Assembly (NCBI GenBank): GCA_964409365.1
Contig: CAYPCX010000003.1
Coordinates: 84,577-148,576, forward strand
Reading direction: 5' to 3'
Source: an uncultured Planctomycetia bacterium
GTDB lineage: Bacteria > Omnitrophota > Gorgyraeia > Tantalellales > Tantalellaceae
DNA: 64,000 nucleotides
Below are positions 1 through 8,946 of this stretch, piece after piece. Positions within the stretch are counted from its first letter, which is position 1. The number at the start of each line of letters is the position of its first letter. The position numbers and the translations under genes were made by a program. The notes under the pieces are model-generated. The model did no database searches and was not told where the DNA came from. It saw only the letters and a list, made by a program, of their open reading frames with translations.

Positions 1-2
1 AC

Positions 3-2132
3 ATGCTCTATGCGGGAACGACCGTTGTCAGGGGAACGGGTAAAGCCGTAGTTACCGCCACCGCCATGGATACGGAACTCGGAAAAATAGCCGAGGCGCT
101 CGCCGAGACCAAGACTCCCCCAACGCCGTTCGAGATAGAGGTCGATTCGCTTTCCAAGCATATCACTTTCGCTATACTCTTTCTGGTAGCGGGCGTCGCT
201 TCGCTTTTGTATTTCCGCCACACGATGCCACTGCCCGACATAGCCATATTCTCGCTCAGCCTCGGCGTCGGCGCCATACCGGAAAGTTTGCCGGTGGTCC
301 TTTCGTTCGCCCTCGCTATGGGCGCCCAGCAGATGGCCACACGAAAGGCGCTCGCGCGGCGCCTGGCCATAGTGGAATCGCTCGGATCGCTCGACGTCAT
401 CGGCTCCGATAAGACAGGTACGCTCACAAAGAACGAGATGACCGTCCAGGCGCTTTTCCTTCCGGGCCACGGTATATATCATGTTACCGGCGAAGGGTAT
501 GACCCCACACATGGCCAGATCGAACATCTCCACGAAGGCAAGCAGGGCGCGCTGGAAAGGCTCCTCACAGCCAGCATTTTGTGCAATGACGCGAAAGAAA
601 CGGTAAAGGACGAGAAAAGCATCTACCTCGGGGACCCCACGGAAATCGCCCTCCTGGTAGTGGGCGAAAAAGGCGGCCTCAAGGTCAAAGGCACGATCTC
701 GGATTCCCCGCGCCTCGACGAAATACCCTTTACGAGCGAACGCCAGATGATGACGACGATACACCAGATCAAGGGCGAAAAGACCGCCGTCTGTAAGGGC
801 GCGCCGGAAGTGATCCTGGCGAAATGCACGCACGTGGCAAAGAACGGCGATAAACAGCCGATGGATGAGGCGAACCGCTCGGAGATATCAAAGACCCTCG
901 AGAAGCTCGAGAACGACGCCCTGAGAGTCCTTGCCTTTGCCGGCCGCCCGGTAGCCGAAGGCGCGGACAAAGGCTCCATGGAAGAGGACCTTACCTTTTA
1001 CGGCCTGACGGGCATGATAGACCCGCCGAGGTCCGAGGTCCGCGCGGCCGTCGCCGAAGCGAAGGGAGCTGGCATACGAACGGTCATGATCACGGGCGAT
1101 CACGCGCTGACGGCCCGCGCCATAGCCGGCCGCCTGGGGATGGGGCAGAACGCCGTGACGGGCCGCGACGTCGATGCGATGAGCGACGACGAACTGCAGA
1201 AAAAAGTCCCCGGCATAGACATAGTGGCCCGCGCCACGCCGATCGATAAACTGCGCGTTCTTCAGGCGCTCCAGAGAAATAAACATTTCGCCGCGATGAC
1301 CGGCGACGGCGTGAACGACTCGCCCGCCCTGAAACAGGCCGACGTCGGTGTCGCCATGGGTCTCAGGGGAACCGACGCCGCGAAGGAGGCGTCGGGACTG
1401 GTCCTTCTGGACGACAATTACGCTACCATCGTGGCCGCGGTCGAGGAAGGCAGGCGGATATTCGACAACATACGCAAGTTCGTGAACTACCTCCTTACCT
1501 GTAATATCGGCGAAGTGCTCACCGTCATGCTCGGCGCGTTCTGGGGCCTTCAACCGGTAACGGCAATAATGGTCCTTTGGGTCAACATACTAACCGACGT
1601 TCTTCCGGCGATATCGCTCGCGGTCGACCCGCCGAACCCGGGCCTCATGAAACGCAAGCCGAGACCGCACGACGAGCACATACTCAACAAACCGCTCCTT
1701 CTTACGACCGTCGCTATCGGCTTGAAAAAAGGCTGCATGCTTTTCGGCGTTTTTCTGGCCGGCTACTATTGGATAGGGAAGGGTCTTCCGCACGCGGCGC
1801 GTCTGGAATACGCCCAGACCATGACGTTCACCGGGATCATACTTTACTCGTTCGTCCGCATTTTCGTCATACGAACGTTCGATACGCTGAAATTCTGGTC
1901 GAACCCGTGGCTCGTAATATCACTGGGCGTCGCGGTTTTTCTCCAGGTATTCATCATTTATACACCCGATGTGAACACGTTCTTCGGGCTTCAGCCGCTG
2001 GGATATAAGGCCTGGGGGATACTTTTGGCGATGGCTACGGCGGCCGGCTTCCTCGGGGTATGGATCTCGAAATGGATCGAATCCTGGGCCGGCTCGGTCA
2101 TAGACATAAGTGCCTCAAAACAAACCACTTAA
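3..2132 (+). CDS. Cation-transporting P-type ATPase (type IIA, Ca2+-like), 5'-truncated by window edge
   Basis: DKTGTLT phosphorylation motif, KGAPE, MITGD, TGDGVNDSPALKQAD, IPESLP in TM4, C-terminal TM helices; A-domain lies upstream of the window. Confidence 0.93.
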   Translation: MLYAGTTVVRGTGKAVVTATAMDTELGKIAEALAETKTPPTPFEIEVDSLSKHITFAILFLVAGVASLLYFRHTMPLPDIAIFSLSLGVGAIPESLPVVLSFALAMGAQQMATRKALARRLAIVESLGSLDVIGSDKTGTLTKNEMTVQALFLPGHGIYHVTGEGYDPTHGQIEHLHEGKQGALERLLTASILCNDAKETVKDEKSIYLGDPTEIALLVVGEKGGLKVKGTISDSPRLDEIPFTSERQMMTTIHQIKGEKTAVCKGAPEVILAKCTHVAKNGDKQPMDEANRSEISKTLEKLENDALRVLAFAGRPVAEGADKGSMEEDLTFYGLTGMIDPPRSEVRAAVAEAKGAGIRTVMITGDHALTARAIAGRLGMGQNAVTGRDVDAMSDDELQKKVPGIDIVARATPIDKLRVLQALQRNKHFAAMTGDGVNDSPALKQADVGVAMGLRGTDAAKEASGLVLLDDNYATIVAAVEEGRRIFDNIRKFVNYLLTCNIGEVLTVMLGAFWGLQPVTAIMVLWVNILTDVLPAISLAVDPPNPGLMKRKPRPHDEHILNKPLLLTTVAIGLKKGCMLFGVFLAGYYWIGKGLPHAARLEYAQTMTFTGIILYSFVRIFVIRTFDTLKFWSNPWLVISLGVAVFLQVFIIYTPDVNTFFGLQPLGYKAWGILLAMATAAGFLGVWISKWIESWAGSVIDISASKQTT

Positions 2133-2150
2133 ACCCAAACCGAACCACTT

Positions 2151-2185
2151 TCATACATCGGGTGTATTATACACCCGATGTATGA
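2151..2185. repeat. Perfect 17-bp inverted repeat (REP-like palindrome), copy 1
   Basis: TCATACATCGGGTGTAT-T-ATACACCCGATGTATGA; same arms recur at 3885-3923. Confidence 0.85.
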
Positions 2186-2197
2186 TGGATGTATGAT

Positions 2198-2226
2198 GAA
2201 ACTTTTCCTGCGCGAAACTTGTCTAA
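2198..2226 (+). promoter_or_regulatory. ECF sigma-type promoter, probably autoregulatory
   Basis: GAAACTT-N16-GTCTAA ending 12 nt before the sigma ATG; same architecture at 3278 and 52935. Confidence 0.75.
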
Positions 2227-2238
2227 TATAGTGAGACC

Positions 2239-2796
2239 ATGATAAAAGCGATATCGAGAGAATTACTGGTGCGGGCCTCAGAAGGCGACATGGAAGCCTT
2301 CGAGGAGATATACAGGGCCTCTTCGGGTTATGTTTATACGGTCGCTTATGGGATAACGGCGAGCAGAGAGGACGCCGAAGAGGTGACCCAGGACGTCTTT
2401 GTAAAGATATACCGGAAACTCGGCGGTTTCGGTTTCAGGTCTTCGTTCAAGACCTGGATATACAGGATAACGGCGAATACCGCCATCAACCGGTACAGGA
2501 AAAAGGCCAAGAGGTTCCGCCGGGAGAGGCCCCTGGACGAGGTGCTATCCCGCGTGATCCCCGGGGAGAAAGGCGATGAAAAATTCGACGCCGATCACAA
2601 CAGGACGCTGGTCGATTCGATGCTGAAGAGCCTCCCGCCGGATCAGCGCGCCTGCGTGGTCCTCAGGGAGATCGAGGGCCTGAAGTACGAGGAAATAGCC
2701 CGGACCCTGGAAATAAAGATAAACACGGTAAAGACGCGGCTCAAGAGGGCGCGGAAAAAACTTATGACGATATACGGAAAAGGAGAAAAGCCATGA
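2239..2796 (+). CDS. ECF (sigma-70 group 4) RNA polymerase sigma factor, RpoE/SigW-like
   Basis: DAEEVTQDVFVK, SSFKTWIYRI region 2; LREIEGLKYEEIA..TVKTRLKRAR region 4. Confidence 0.95.
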   Translation: MIKAISRELLVRASEGDMEAFEEIYRASSGYVYTVAYGITASREDAEEVTQDVFVKIYRKLGGFGFRSSFKTWIYRITANTAINRYRKKAKRFRRERPLDEVLSRVIPGEKGDEKFDADHNRTLVDSMLKSLPPDQRACVVLREIEGLKYEEIARTLEIKINTVKTRLKRARKKLMTIYGKGEKP

Positions 2797-3275
2797 GATG
2801 CTCTAAAATAAGAGAACTGGTCCTCACGGATTATACGGACGGGGAACTTAATGAACGCACGCGCGTAGAGGTCGAAGCCCACATGCGGACGTGCGAAAAT
2901 TGCCGGCGGTTCGAAGCCCGTCTTAAAAGCAGGGTCTCCGACCCCCTGAGAAAAGCGCAGCGGCTCGAACCCCCCGAATACCTGTGGTCGCGCATCAAAG
3001 GCGCGATAGAGGAAAGGGCCAAGGAAAACCCGCTCACCGCGCTGAAAGAACGGCTCGAGTCCGTTCTCGTCGTCAGAAGGCCGGCCCTGGCCCTGGCATC
3101 CCTTGCGGTTATCCTGATCGCGGCTGTCTTTTTCACCGGGACGTTCATAGAAAGATCCCGGCTTAACAGTTATATTGAAGAACAGGTCGATTTTTTGGAG
3201 ACACTTAACAACGGGAACGGCAACGGCTACACGTATGACGATATAGGCATCCCGATGGAAGATCTTTTCCTCTAG
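2793..3275 (+). CDS. Zinc-binding (zf-HC2/ZAS) transmembrane anti-sigma factor
   Basis: HMRTCENC (HxxxCxxC), one TM helix, ATGA overlap with sigma gene. Confidence 0.9.
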   Translation: MRCSKIRELVLTDYTDGELNERTRVEVEAHMRTCENCRRFEARLKSRVSDPLRKAQRLEPPEYLWSRIKGAIEERAKENPLTALKERLESVLVVRRPALALASLAVILIAAVFFTGTFIERSRLNSYIEEQVDFLETLNNGNGNGYTYDDIGIPMEDLFL

Positions 3276-3277
3276 AG

Positions 3278-3306
3278 GGAACTTTTTCCGGAGCACCTTT
3301 GTCTAA
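3278..3306 (+). promoter_or_regulatory. ECF sigma-type promoter for the Spy/CpxP gene
   Basis: GGAACTT-N16-GTCTAA followed by GACAGT. Confidence 0.75.
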
Positions 3307-3350
3307 GACAGTGAGAGGCGGAAAAAGGACGATCTTAAAAAAGGAGGAGA

Positions 3351-3854
3351 ATGATGAAAATGACAATAAGGACATTTACGGCATGTTTGGTCGCGATAAC
3401 TCTCTTGACCGCGGCGCCGCTTGCTTTAGCGCAGCCCGCTCAGGGCAGCGGACCCGAGGGCGCGGGAGAATGCTCAAGGGGCGGCGCGCGCGCCGGATTC
3501 CTCGAACAGCTCGATCTCACCGACGAGCAGAAAGAACGGATGAAAGAGCAGCGCAAGGCGAACAGGGAGAAGATGAAAGAGCTCATGGGATCCCTCAGGA
3601 ACGAACGCAACGCCCTGCGGGACGAACTGAAAAAACCCGACGCCAGCATGGATTCGGTCGCGGGCACCGTCGCAAAGATGAAAACGGTGCAGTCAGAAAT
3701 GATCGACCAGAGAGTGAACGGTTTTCTCACGATGAAGGAGATCCTCACCCCCGAACAGTTCCAGAAACTCCTCGAACTGAAGGAACAGAGGAAACACCGC
3801 GGCGGCAAACGCCGCATGGAAAAAAAGCACCACATGCGAGGGGACTGGGACTGA
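3351..3854 (+). CDS. Spy/CpxP family periplasmic chaperone
   Basis: Signal peptide, LDLTDEQ and ILTPEQ (LTxxQ) motifs, strong SD AAGGAGG. Confidence 0.88.
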   Translation: MMKMTIRTFTACLVAITLLTAAPLALAQPAQGSGPEGAGECSRGGARAGFLEQLDLTDEQKERMKEQRKANREKMKELMGSLRNERNALRDELKKPDASMDSVAGTVAKMKTVQSEMIDQRVNGFLTMKEILTPEQFQKLLELKEQRKHRGGKRRMEKKHHMRGDWD

Positions 3855-3884
3855 TAACATAGAGCCCGGGCGAACACACCGAAC

Positions 3885-3923
3885 ATACATCGGGTGTATG
3901 ACCAGGTTATACACCCGATGTAT
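3885..3923. repeat. 15-bp inverted repeat (REP-like palindrome), copy 2
   Basis: ATACATCGGGTGTAT-GACCAGGTT-ATACACCCGATGTAT. Confidence 0.85.
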
Positions 3924-3950
3924 AAATGTTCATAACGAAGGGAGAACAAG

Positions 3951-4424
3951 ATGAAGACCAGGAACGCGACGATCTTTGTCATGATCTTTTGCGCGGTATT
4001 AATGCTGGCCGAGACGGCATCCGCCGTTCCCCACAGATGGTATCCCCGAAGGAGGGTGGTCAAACCGGTGGTCGTGACCACCAAACCGCGAGTGGTGGTG
4101 ACCAGCCCCGCAAAGACAACGAAAGTGGCCGAAGGCTGGGGATCGCAAGCGATCACCCAGGAACCCATATCCCCCGAAATCATTAAAGAACGCGGTATAA
4201 AGCCGGACCAGGGCCTTATCGACTTCGAGGTATACCCCACATCCACAAAGATATATCTGGACGGGTCCTATAAGGGAACGGCGGGAACGCTCAACAAGGA
4301 GAAACACTCGCTCAAAGCCACGGCCGGCAGACACACCATCGAGCTGAAAAAGAAACTGGCGCCGACCAAGATAGTGAGGATACGCGTCGAGGCGAGACAC
4401 AAGACCCGGCTGGAACAATATTAA
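3951..4424 (+). CDS. Secreted PEGA-domain protein
   Basis: Signal peptide; C-terminal VYPTSTKIYLDGSYKG...AGRHTIELKK is PEGA-like. Confidence 0.7.
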   Translation: MKTRNATIFVMIFCAVLMLAETASAVPHRWYPRRRVVKPVVVTTKPRVVVTSPAKTTKVAEGWGSQAITQEPISPEIIKERGIKPDQGLIDFEVYPTSTKIYLDGSYKGTAGTLNKEKHSLKATAGRHTIELKKKLAPTKIVRIRVEARHKTRLEQY

Positions 4425-4425
4425 C

Positions 4426-4454
4426 TTGAACTCTCCCATAAATCCACGTAGAAT
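4426..4454 (+). promoter_or_regulatory. Sigma70-type promoter for the helicase-like gene
   Basis: TTGAAC-N17-TAGAAT, then GGAG SD before ATG 4474. Confidence 0.55.
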
Positions 4455-4473
4455 AAATAAAAACGGAGCATGA

Positions 4474-6540
4474 ATGGGAGATCTAAGAGAACTTGACCTC
4501 AAGAGCTGTTACTGGTATGACCGGGATGACATCCTTTTCGACCTCTATCTTCCCGCGCTATCGGCAGCATCCGCCTGCAGCAAGGTAACCGGCCCTTTAT
4601 CCTCCGAGACCCTTTCGGATCTCGCGAAGAACCTCCCTCAATTCGCCAGAAAAGGCGGACGCACTTTTCTTATCACCAGTATAGTCCTGCCCGGCGGGGG
4701 AACAGTCTCCGCGGAAGATATCGTGAAAAACACCGAGAACAGGGTCCTCAAAGAGATCGGCTATGTCAAGGACGAGGCAAAAAGGGACGGTATCGCGCTT
4801 CTGGGATGGATGCTGAAGACGGGCAACCTGCAGATAAAGATAGCCGTCGTTCCTGAGGGAGCGGAAGCGCCGGAGATAGGCATACTGGAAGATAATACAG
4901 GGAACCGCCTTTCCTTCGCGGGTTCCGGGAACTCGGCAGTGCATGCCTTCAGGAGCTGGGACGAGAGCGGAAAATACGTCGATGCTGATCTCGGTATCTT
5001 CGCGGGCCTCTGGAAATGCGAGGCAAAAAAGACAAAGGTCTATCCCGCGTCCGAGATGTTCACGAACGGCCTTATCCGGTTCGCCCCGGACGACGAGGCC
5101 GCATTCCTGCGCCTGGCACGGTCGATGTCCGAACGGCTGATGGGCCAGCGCAGGAAAAGCGTCGTAAAAAAAGATCTGAGAAAATACCAGGAAGAGGCCG
5201 TGAATGCCTGGCTGGATAGCGGCGCCAAAGGCATACTGGAAATGGCCCCGGCAACGGGCAAGACCTTCACGTCAGTCCATGCGATCGAGGCCCTGAGCAT
5301 TAAAACAGGGAAACTCCTGGCCGTTATAGTAGTACCTCACGAGTACCAGATCTCACTGTGGAAAAAGGAATTAACGGATTTTTTCGGTTATGATTTCGCG
5401 GTCAAAGAAGTTCGCGGGGATATGTCCCAATGGCCTGAGATCCTTGAAGAAAACATTAAGAAATACGCCTCGGGTGAAATGGACCGGCTGGCGATCCTTA
5501 CCATGTATAACACGTTTTCCACAAGCAGGTTCCAGGACCTTGCAGCCGGTCTTCCGGGCGGGGATCCCCAGACGCTGCTTGTCGCAGACGAGGTCCGTTT
5601 CATGAACTTCCCCGAGTTCAGAAGCGGCATGAAAGACACGTACAGGTACAGGCTGGGCCTGAGCGCCGTGCCGCGCGACTGGCTCGAAGACGCGGGGGAA
5701 GATACGCTAAAACAATATTTCGGCGGTACGGTTTACAGCTTTACTTTACAGGACGCTATCCCGGAATTCCTGAGCCCCTACAGCTATTTCCCGCAAACGG
5801 TCGAAATGGGACCCGCCGAGCTCAGCAGATACGCTGAAAAGGCGGGGGAGGATCTCGAGCGGCTATCAAGAGAAAGAGCAAGGGTCATTCTGGAAAACCC
5901 GGGGATACGTGCCGGGTTCGAAAGGATCATACAGGACCTTAAAGAAGAGGGTCAGGTAAACCATCTCCTGGTCTATTGCAGGCCGGAGCAGCTCGATTGG
6001 GTCACGGAAACGCTGAAAGGCAAGGACATCCCGTATCACCGCCTCGACCTGCGGGAATCCAGGGAAGAAAGACGCCTTATGCTCGAACGTTTTAAAAAAG
6101 GCTCTGTCGCGGCCCTTTGCGCCGCGCGCTGTCTCGACCAGGGACTTGAAATGCCGGCGGCGAAAACGGTCATCTTCCTGGCCGCCGATTCCAGCCCCGC
6201 GCAATACATCCAGAGGAGGGGAAAAGTGCTCCTCAAAGACGCGGATAAGGAACAAACGGACATCTATGATTTTATAGTTCTTCCCGCCGAAGGACAGACA
6301 TTGAACAGGATGCTGTACCTCGCCGAAAGGAAGCTTTTCGATAAGCAGCTTGCCCAGGCCCAGATTTTTTACGTGAACGCCAGGAACAGTTCCGACGTGA
6401 TGCCAAAGATGCGCCAGATCGCTTCCCGGTACGACCTCGAGCTTAAGGAAACATCTGCCCCTCCACGCAGGACCGCGCCCATGGCAAGGCTCGGGGGCCT
6501 GGGCCGGCAAAGCTACCTCAATTCACAGAACGGAAAATAA
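4474..6540 (+). CDS. PLD-like + SF2 (ResIII/DEAD-box) helicase family protein with degenerate catalytic motifs
   Basis: LRKYQEEAV Q-motif, GILEMAPATGKT, ADEVR, LGLSAVP, CLDQGLEMP, QRRGKVL; N-terminal IGILED..LSFAGSGN resembles a PLD domain lacking HxK. Confidence 0.8.
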   Translation: MGDLRELDLKSCYWYDRDDILFDLYLPALSAASACSKVTGPLSSETLSDLAKNLPQFARKGGRTFLITSIVLPGGGTVSAEDIVKNTENRVLKEIGYVKDEAKRDGIALLGWMLKTGNLQIKIAVVPEGAEAPEIGILEDNTGNRLSFAGSGNSAVHAFRSWDESGKYVDADLGIFAGLWKCEAKKTKVYPASEMFTNGLIRFAPDDEAAFLRLARSMSERLMGQRRKSVVKKDLRKYQEEAVNAWLDSGAKGILEMAPATGKTFTSVHAIEALSIKTGKLLAVIVVPHEYQISLWKKELTDFFGYDFAVKEVRGDMSQWPEILEENIKKYASGEMDRLAILTMYNTFSTSRFQDLAAGLPGGDPQTLLVADEVRFMNFPEFRSGMKDTYRYRLGLSAVPRDWLEDAGEDTLKQYFGGTVYSFTLQDAIPEFLSPYSYFPQTVEMGPAELSRYAEKAGEDLERLSRERARVILENPGIRAGFERIIQDLKEEGQVNHLLVYCRPEQLDWVTETLKGKDIPYHRLDLRESREERRLMLERFKKGSVAALCAARCLDQGLEMPAAKTVIFLAADSSPAQYIQRRGKVLLKDADKEQTDIYDFIVLPAEGQTLNRMLYLAERKLFDKQLAQAQIFYVNARNSSDVMPKMRQIASRYDLELKETSAPPRRTAPMARLGGLGRQSYLNSQNGK

Positions 6541-6544
6541 CGAA

Positions 6545-6961
6545 ATGCAGGTGAACGAAAAAAGGACCTTTATCGGCAGATTTTCTTCGAACGCGGACCT
6601 TTTAAGCTCCCTCACTGGTCTCTGCAAAGAGGAGAACATCAGGCTGGGCGTCTTCACGGTCATCGGCGCGCTGAAATGCGCTAAACTGGGCTACTATGAC
6701 CAGGCCGCCAAAAGATACGTGACGAACGTGGAGCTTGATAAAAAGCTCGAGATCACCTCCTGCATAGGCAACATATCGCTCATGGATTCGGAAATATTCG
6801 TGCATGCCCATATCACCATGGCCGACAGGGAAGGGAAGTGCTTCGGCGGCCACCTCATGCCGGGCGCGACCATATTCGCCGCCGAATACCACATAAAAGA
6901 GCTCATCGGCGCTGAACTCTCCCGCAAACCCGACCCCGATACCGGCCTTTCTCTCTGGTAA
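6545..6961 (+). CDS. PPC domain (DUF296) protein
   Basis: EITSCIGNIS, HAHIT, GGHL motifs. Confidence 0.88.
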   Translation: MQVNEKRTFIGRFSSNADLLSSLTGLCKEENIRLGVFTVIGALKCAKLGYYDQAAKRYVTNVELDKKLEITSCIGNISLMDSEIFVHAHITMADREGKCFGGHLMPGATIFAAEYHIKELIGAELSRKPDPDTGLSLW

Positions 6962-6975
6962 TCCGCTCCAGCCGT

Positions 6976-7004
6976 TTGCAAAACCCCCCGGCGCAAGGTA
7001 AAAT
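6976..7004 (+). promoter_or_regulatory. Sigma70-type promoter
   Basis: TTGCAA-N17-TAAAAT upstream of lipoprotein gene. Confidence 0.5.
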
Positions 7005-7025
7005 TATGTAGAGGTTAACGTCAAA

Positions 7026-7652
7026 ATGAGAAAACTTTTTATCTTGCTTACATGCCTGGCGCTGGCAGGTTGTGCTACCACTTCCTCAAGAAGCGGGTAC
7101 ACGGCCGGTGGTATCAATACCCCCCGGACCGGGGAACTTAGCGACGGCCAGATGATCGAGCTTTTTCACAAGGTCTATGATGAACCCGCAGAGGACCAGA
7201 TCGACCGGATCGCCAAAGACATCACGATAACAGCGCTCACGAACGCCATGGAGGCCAGAAGGTCCCGGGAAATAAAAGGGTCCGGTGTCCTTAAGGCGGA
7301 ACATAAAAAAGTGGAGCTCAAGAAATGGACCGATAACGATCTACTTGACACCTACCGTTCACTGCGGGTAAAGCTGGACACAGGGGCGGCGGAAGCCGCC
7401 GCTGACACGAATGGATATAACAGCGCTTACTGGGGCACGAGCTCGGCGCGGGACGAAGAAAAAGCAGCGGCCCCGGAGAACGCGGATGAAACGTTAAAGA
7501 TAATGCGCCTGACCGCGGCCTGTTCGATAGAGAACGAACTGAGCCGGAGGGACAAGATCGCTTCAAGGTGGGCCGTCGTCGGCACGGCTGCGGGCGTAAC
7601 GGCGACTATCGCGGCGCGGGTAGCCCTCATGTTGGCCCCATTCCTGATATGA
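7026..7652 (+). CDS. Lipoprotein of unknown function (paralog of 9092..9652)
   Basis: Lipobox LAGC, C-terminal hydrophobic helix, alignable with the 9092 protein. Confidence 0.8.
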   Translation: MRKLFILLTCLALAGCATTSSRSGYTAGGINTPRTGELSDGQMIELFHKVYDEPAEDQIDRIAKDITITALTNAMEARRSREIKGSGVLKAEHKKVELKKWTDNDLLDTYRSLRVKLDTGAAEAAADTNGYNSAYWGTSSARDEEKAAAPENADETLKIMRLTAACSIENELSRRDKIASRWAVVGTAAGVTATIAARVALMLAPFLI

Positions 7653-8244
7653 TAAAAAATACCGTTTTGATCCTCATCATGATCCTTTTGTCTCTTTCCG
7701 GGAACACTTCCGCTTCCGCGGAGAACTGGGAAGAATTCGCGAGATGGCACCAGGACCACGCGCCGTCCAGGTCCAAGAGACGGACACAGTCCGGCAGACG
7801 GCTCTTACGGGAAAAAACGGAAAGGATAATGCAGATAGACGTCCAGGCGCGGACCGTCCTCCAGAACGGCGACTACGCGCGCGCCGAAGAACTTTACAAG
7901 GAAGCCCTGGGCCTTACTATCGAAACATACGGCCTGGAAGATATCCGTGTCGCGAAAGCTTTACAATGCTGGGGATCATCTACATGGAGGCAGGTAACCC
8001 CGCCGAGGCGGAAGACGTCTTTACATGGGCTCAGCGCATAGGCGAGCGAACTGTAGGAGGCGACAGCCCCCAGATCATGAACATCTACAGGTTCCTGGCC
8101 GCGGCTTATTACCAGCAGGGCAAATACGAGGCGGCTTCCGCTTCCGCCGGCAAGCTTCTGGAAATAGCTATAGACGCGTACGGCCCCCGCAGCCCCCAGG
8201 CCCGCGAAGCCAAGGGCTTCCTGAAAAAAATAACGATCAAATAG
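7649..8244 (+). pseudogene. Secreted TPR (kinesin-light-chain-like) protein split by a 1-bp frameshift near 7963-7965
   Basis: Signal peptide and first TPR (GDYARAEELYKEAL) in one frame; MLGIIYMEAG...YYQQGKYEAA continue in another frame from 7966. Confidence 0.7.
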
Positions 8245-8255
8245 AACGTTTACTG

Positions 8256-8284
8256 TTGAATTACTTGCATTCAGAGGGTATAAT
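8256..8284 (+). promoter_or_regulatory. Sigma70-type promoter
   Basis: TTGAAT-N17-TATAAT. Confidence 0.6.
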
Positions 8285-8331
8285 ATTCCCGATTAAAAAT
8301 AATATTCTTTAACTTAATAAAGGGGGGCAAG

Positions 8332-8571
8332 ATGAAAAAGGTGGTAGCACTTTTAGTGGTATTCGTGTTCGTCGTGGGATGCACGGTCGCGTTCGCCGCC
8401 GAGACAACTTCAACGTCTCAGACACAGAAAAAGTCCATGGTAAGGACCTTTTTCGGCGACTTCAAGAAGCTCTGGACCAAAGACATTCCCAACACTCCTA
8501 ACGAAAAGAGCCAGACACACAGGATATGGGAGCAGACGGAAGGCCGCGGCAAAACGGGCGCGCAGAATTAA
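8332..8571 (+). CDS. Small secreted hypothetical protein
   Basis: MKK + hydrophobic stretch + AFA cleavage site, G-rich SD, own promoter and terminator. Confidence 0.75.
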   Translation: MKKVVALLVVFVFVVGCTVAFAAETTSTSQTQKKSMVRTFFGDFKKLWTKDIPNTPNEKSQTHRIWEQTEGRGKTGAQN

Positions 8572-8600
8572 GTTTGCTTATTGCATAGCTTGACGTAAGG

Positions 8601-8643
8601 ACGCCCTCTCTCCGCATTTCAAAAAAGGGGAGAGGGCGTTTTT
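8601..8643 (+). terminator. Intrinsic terminator
   Basis: ACGCCCTCTC...GAGAGGGCGT followed by T run. Confidence 0.7.
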
Positions 8644-8673
8644 GAATTTTTCCCTAAAATGACGGAGGGACAG

Positions 8674-8946
8674 ATGAAAAAGCCATTGAGCCTGCTATTG
8701 ATCGCCATGTTGCTTGCCCTTACAGTACCGGCCGACTGCCACTCTCAGGAAAAGGCCTCCGATCAGGATACTCCCCAGCCTGTCGACCTGAGCGATATAC
8801 CGGAAGAGCCCGGAGTGGCCGGTGAGGACGTAGAGGTCATCGACAGGGCAGACCGGGACGCGTTCGGCGACCCTTTTGATACCGTGGAAGACCCCAACCC
8901 GGTAAAGGACTATGTAGAGGACGACGGGACCGGCGAATACGACTGA
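8674..8946 (+). CDS. Small secreted acidic (D/E/P-rich) protein
   Basis: GGAGGG SD, MKKPLSLLLIAMLLAL signal peptide, very acidic mature region. Confidence 0.65.
   Translation: MKKPLSLLLIAMLLALTVPADCHSQEKASDQDTPQPVDLSDIPEEPGVAGEDVEVIDRADRDAFGDPFDTVEDPNPVKDYVEDDGTGEYD

Noticed and set aside
3299-3862. 187-aa ORF overlapping the Spy/CpxP gene
   Set aside because: Alternative frame, Arg-rich with no motif; the Spy frame has SD, signal peptide and LTxxQ motifs
4474-6961. Helicase as part of an intact Dnd or restriction defence system
   Set aside because: No dnd, methyltransferase or other defence partners nearby, and catalytic motifs are altered
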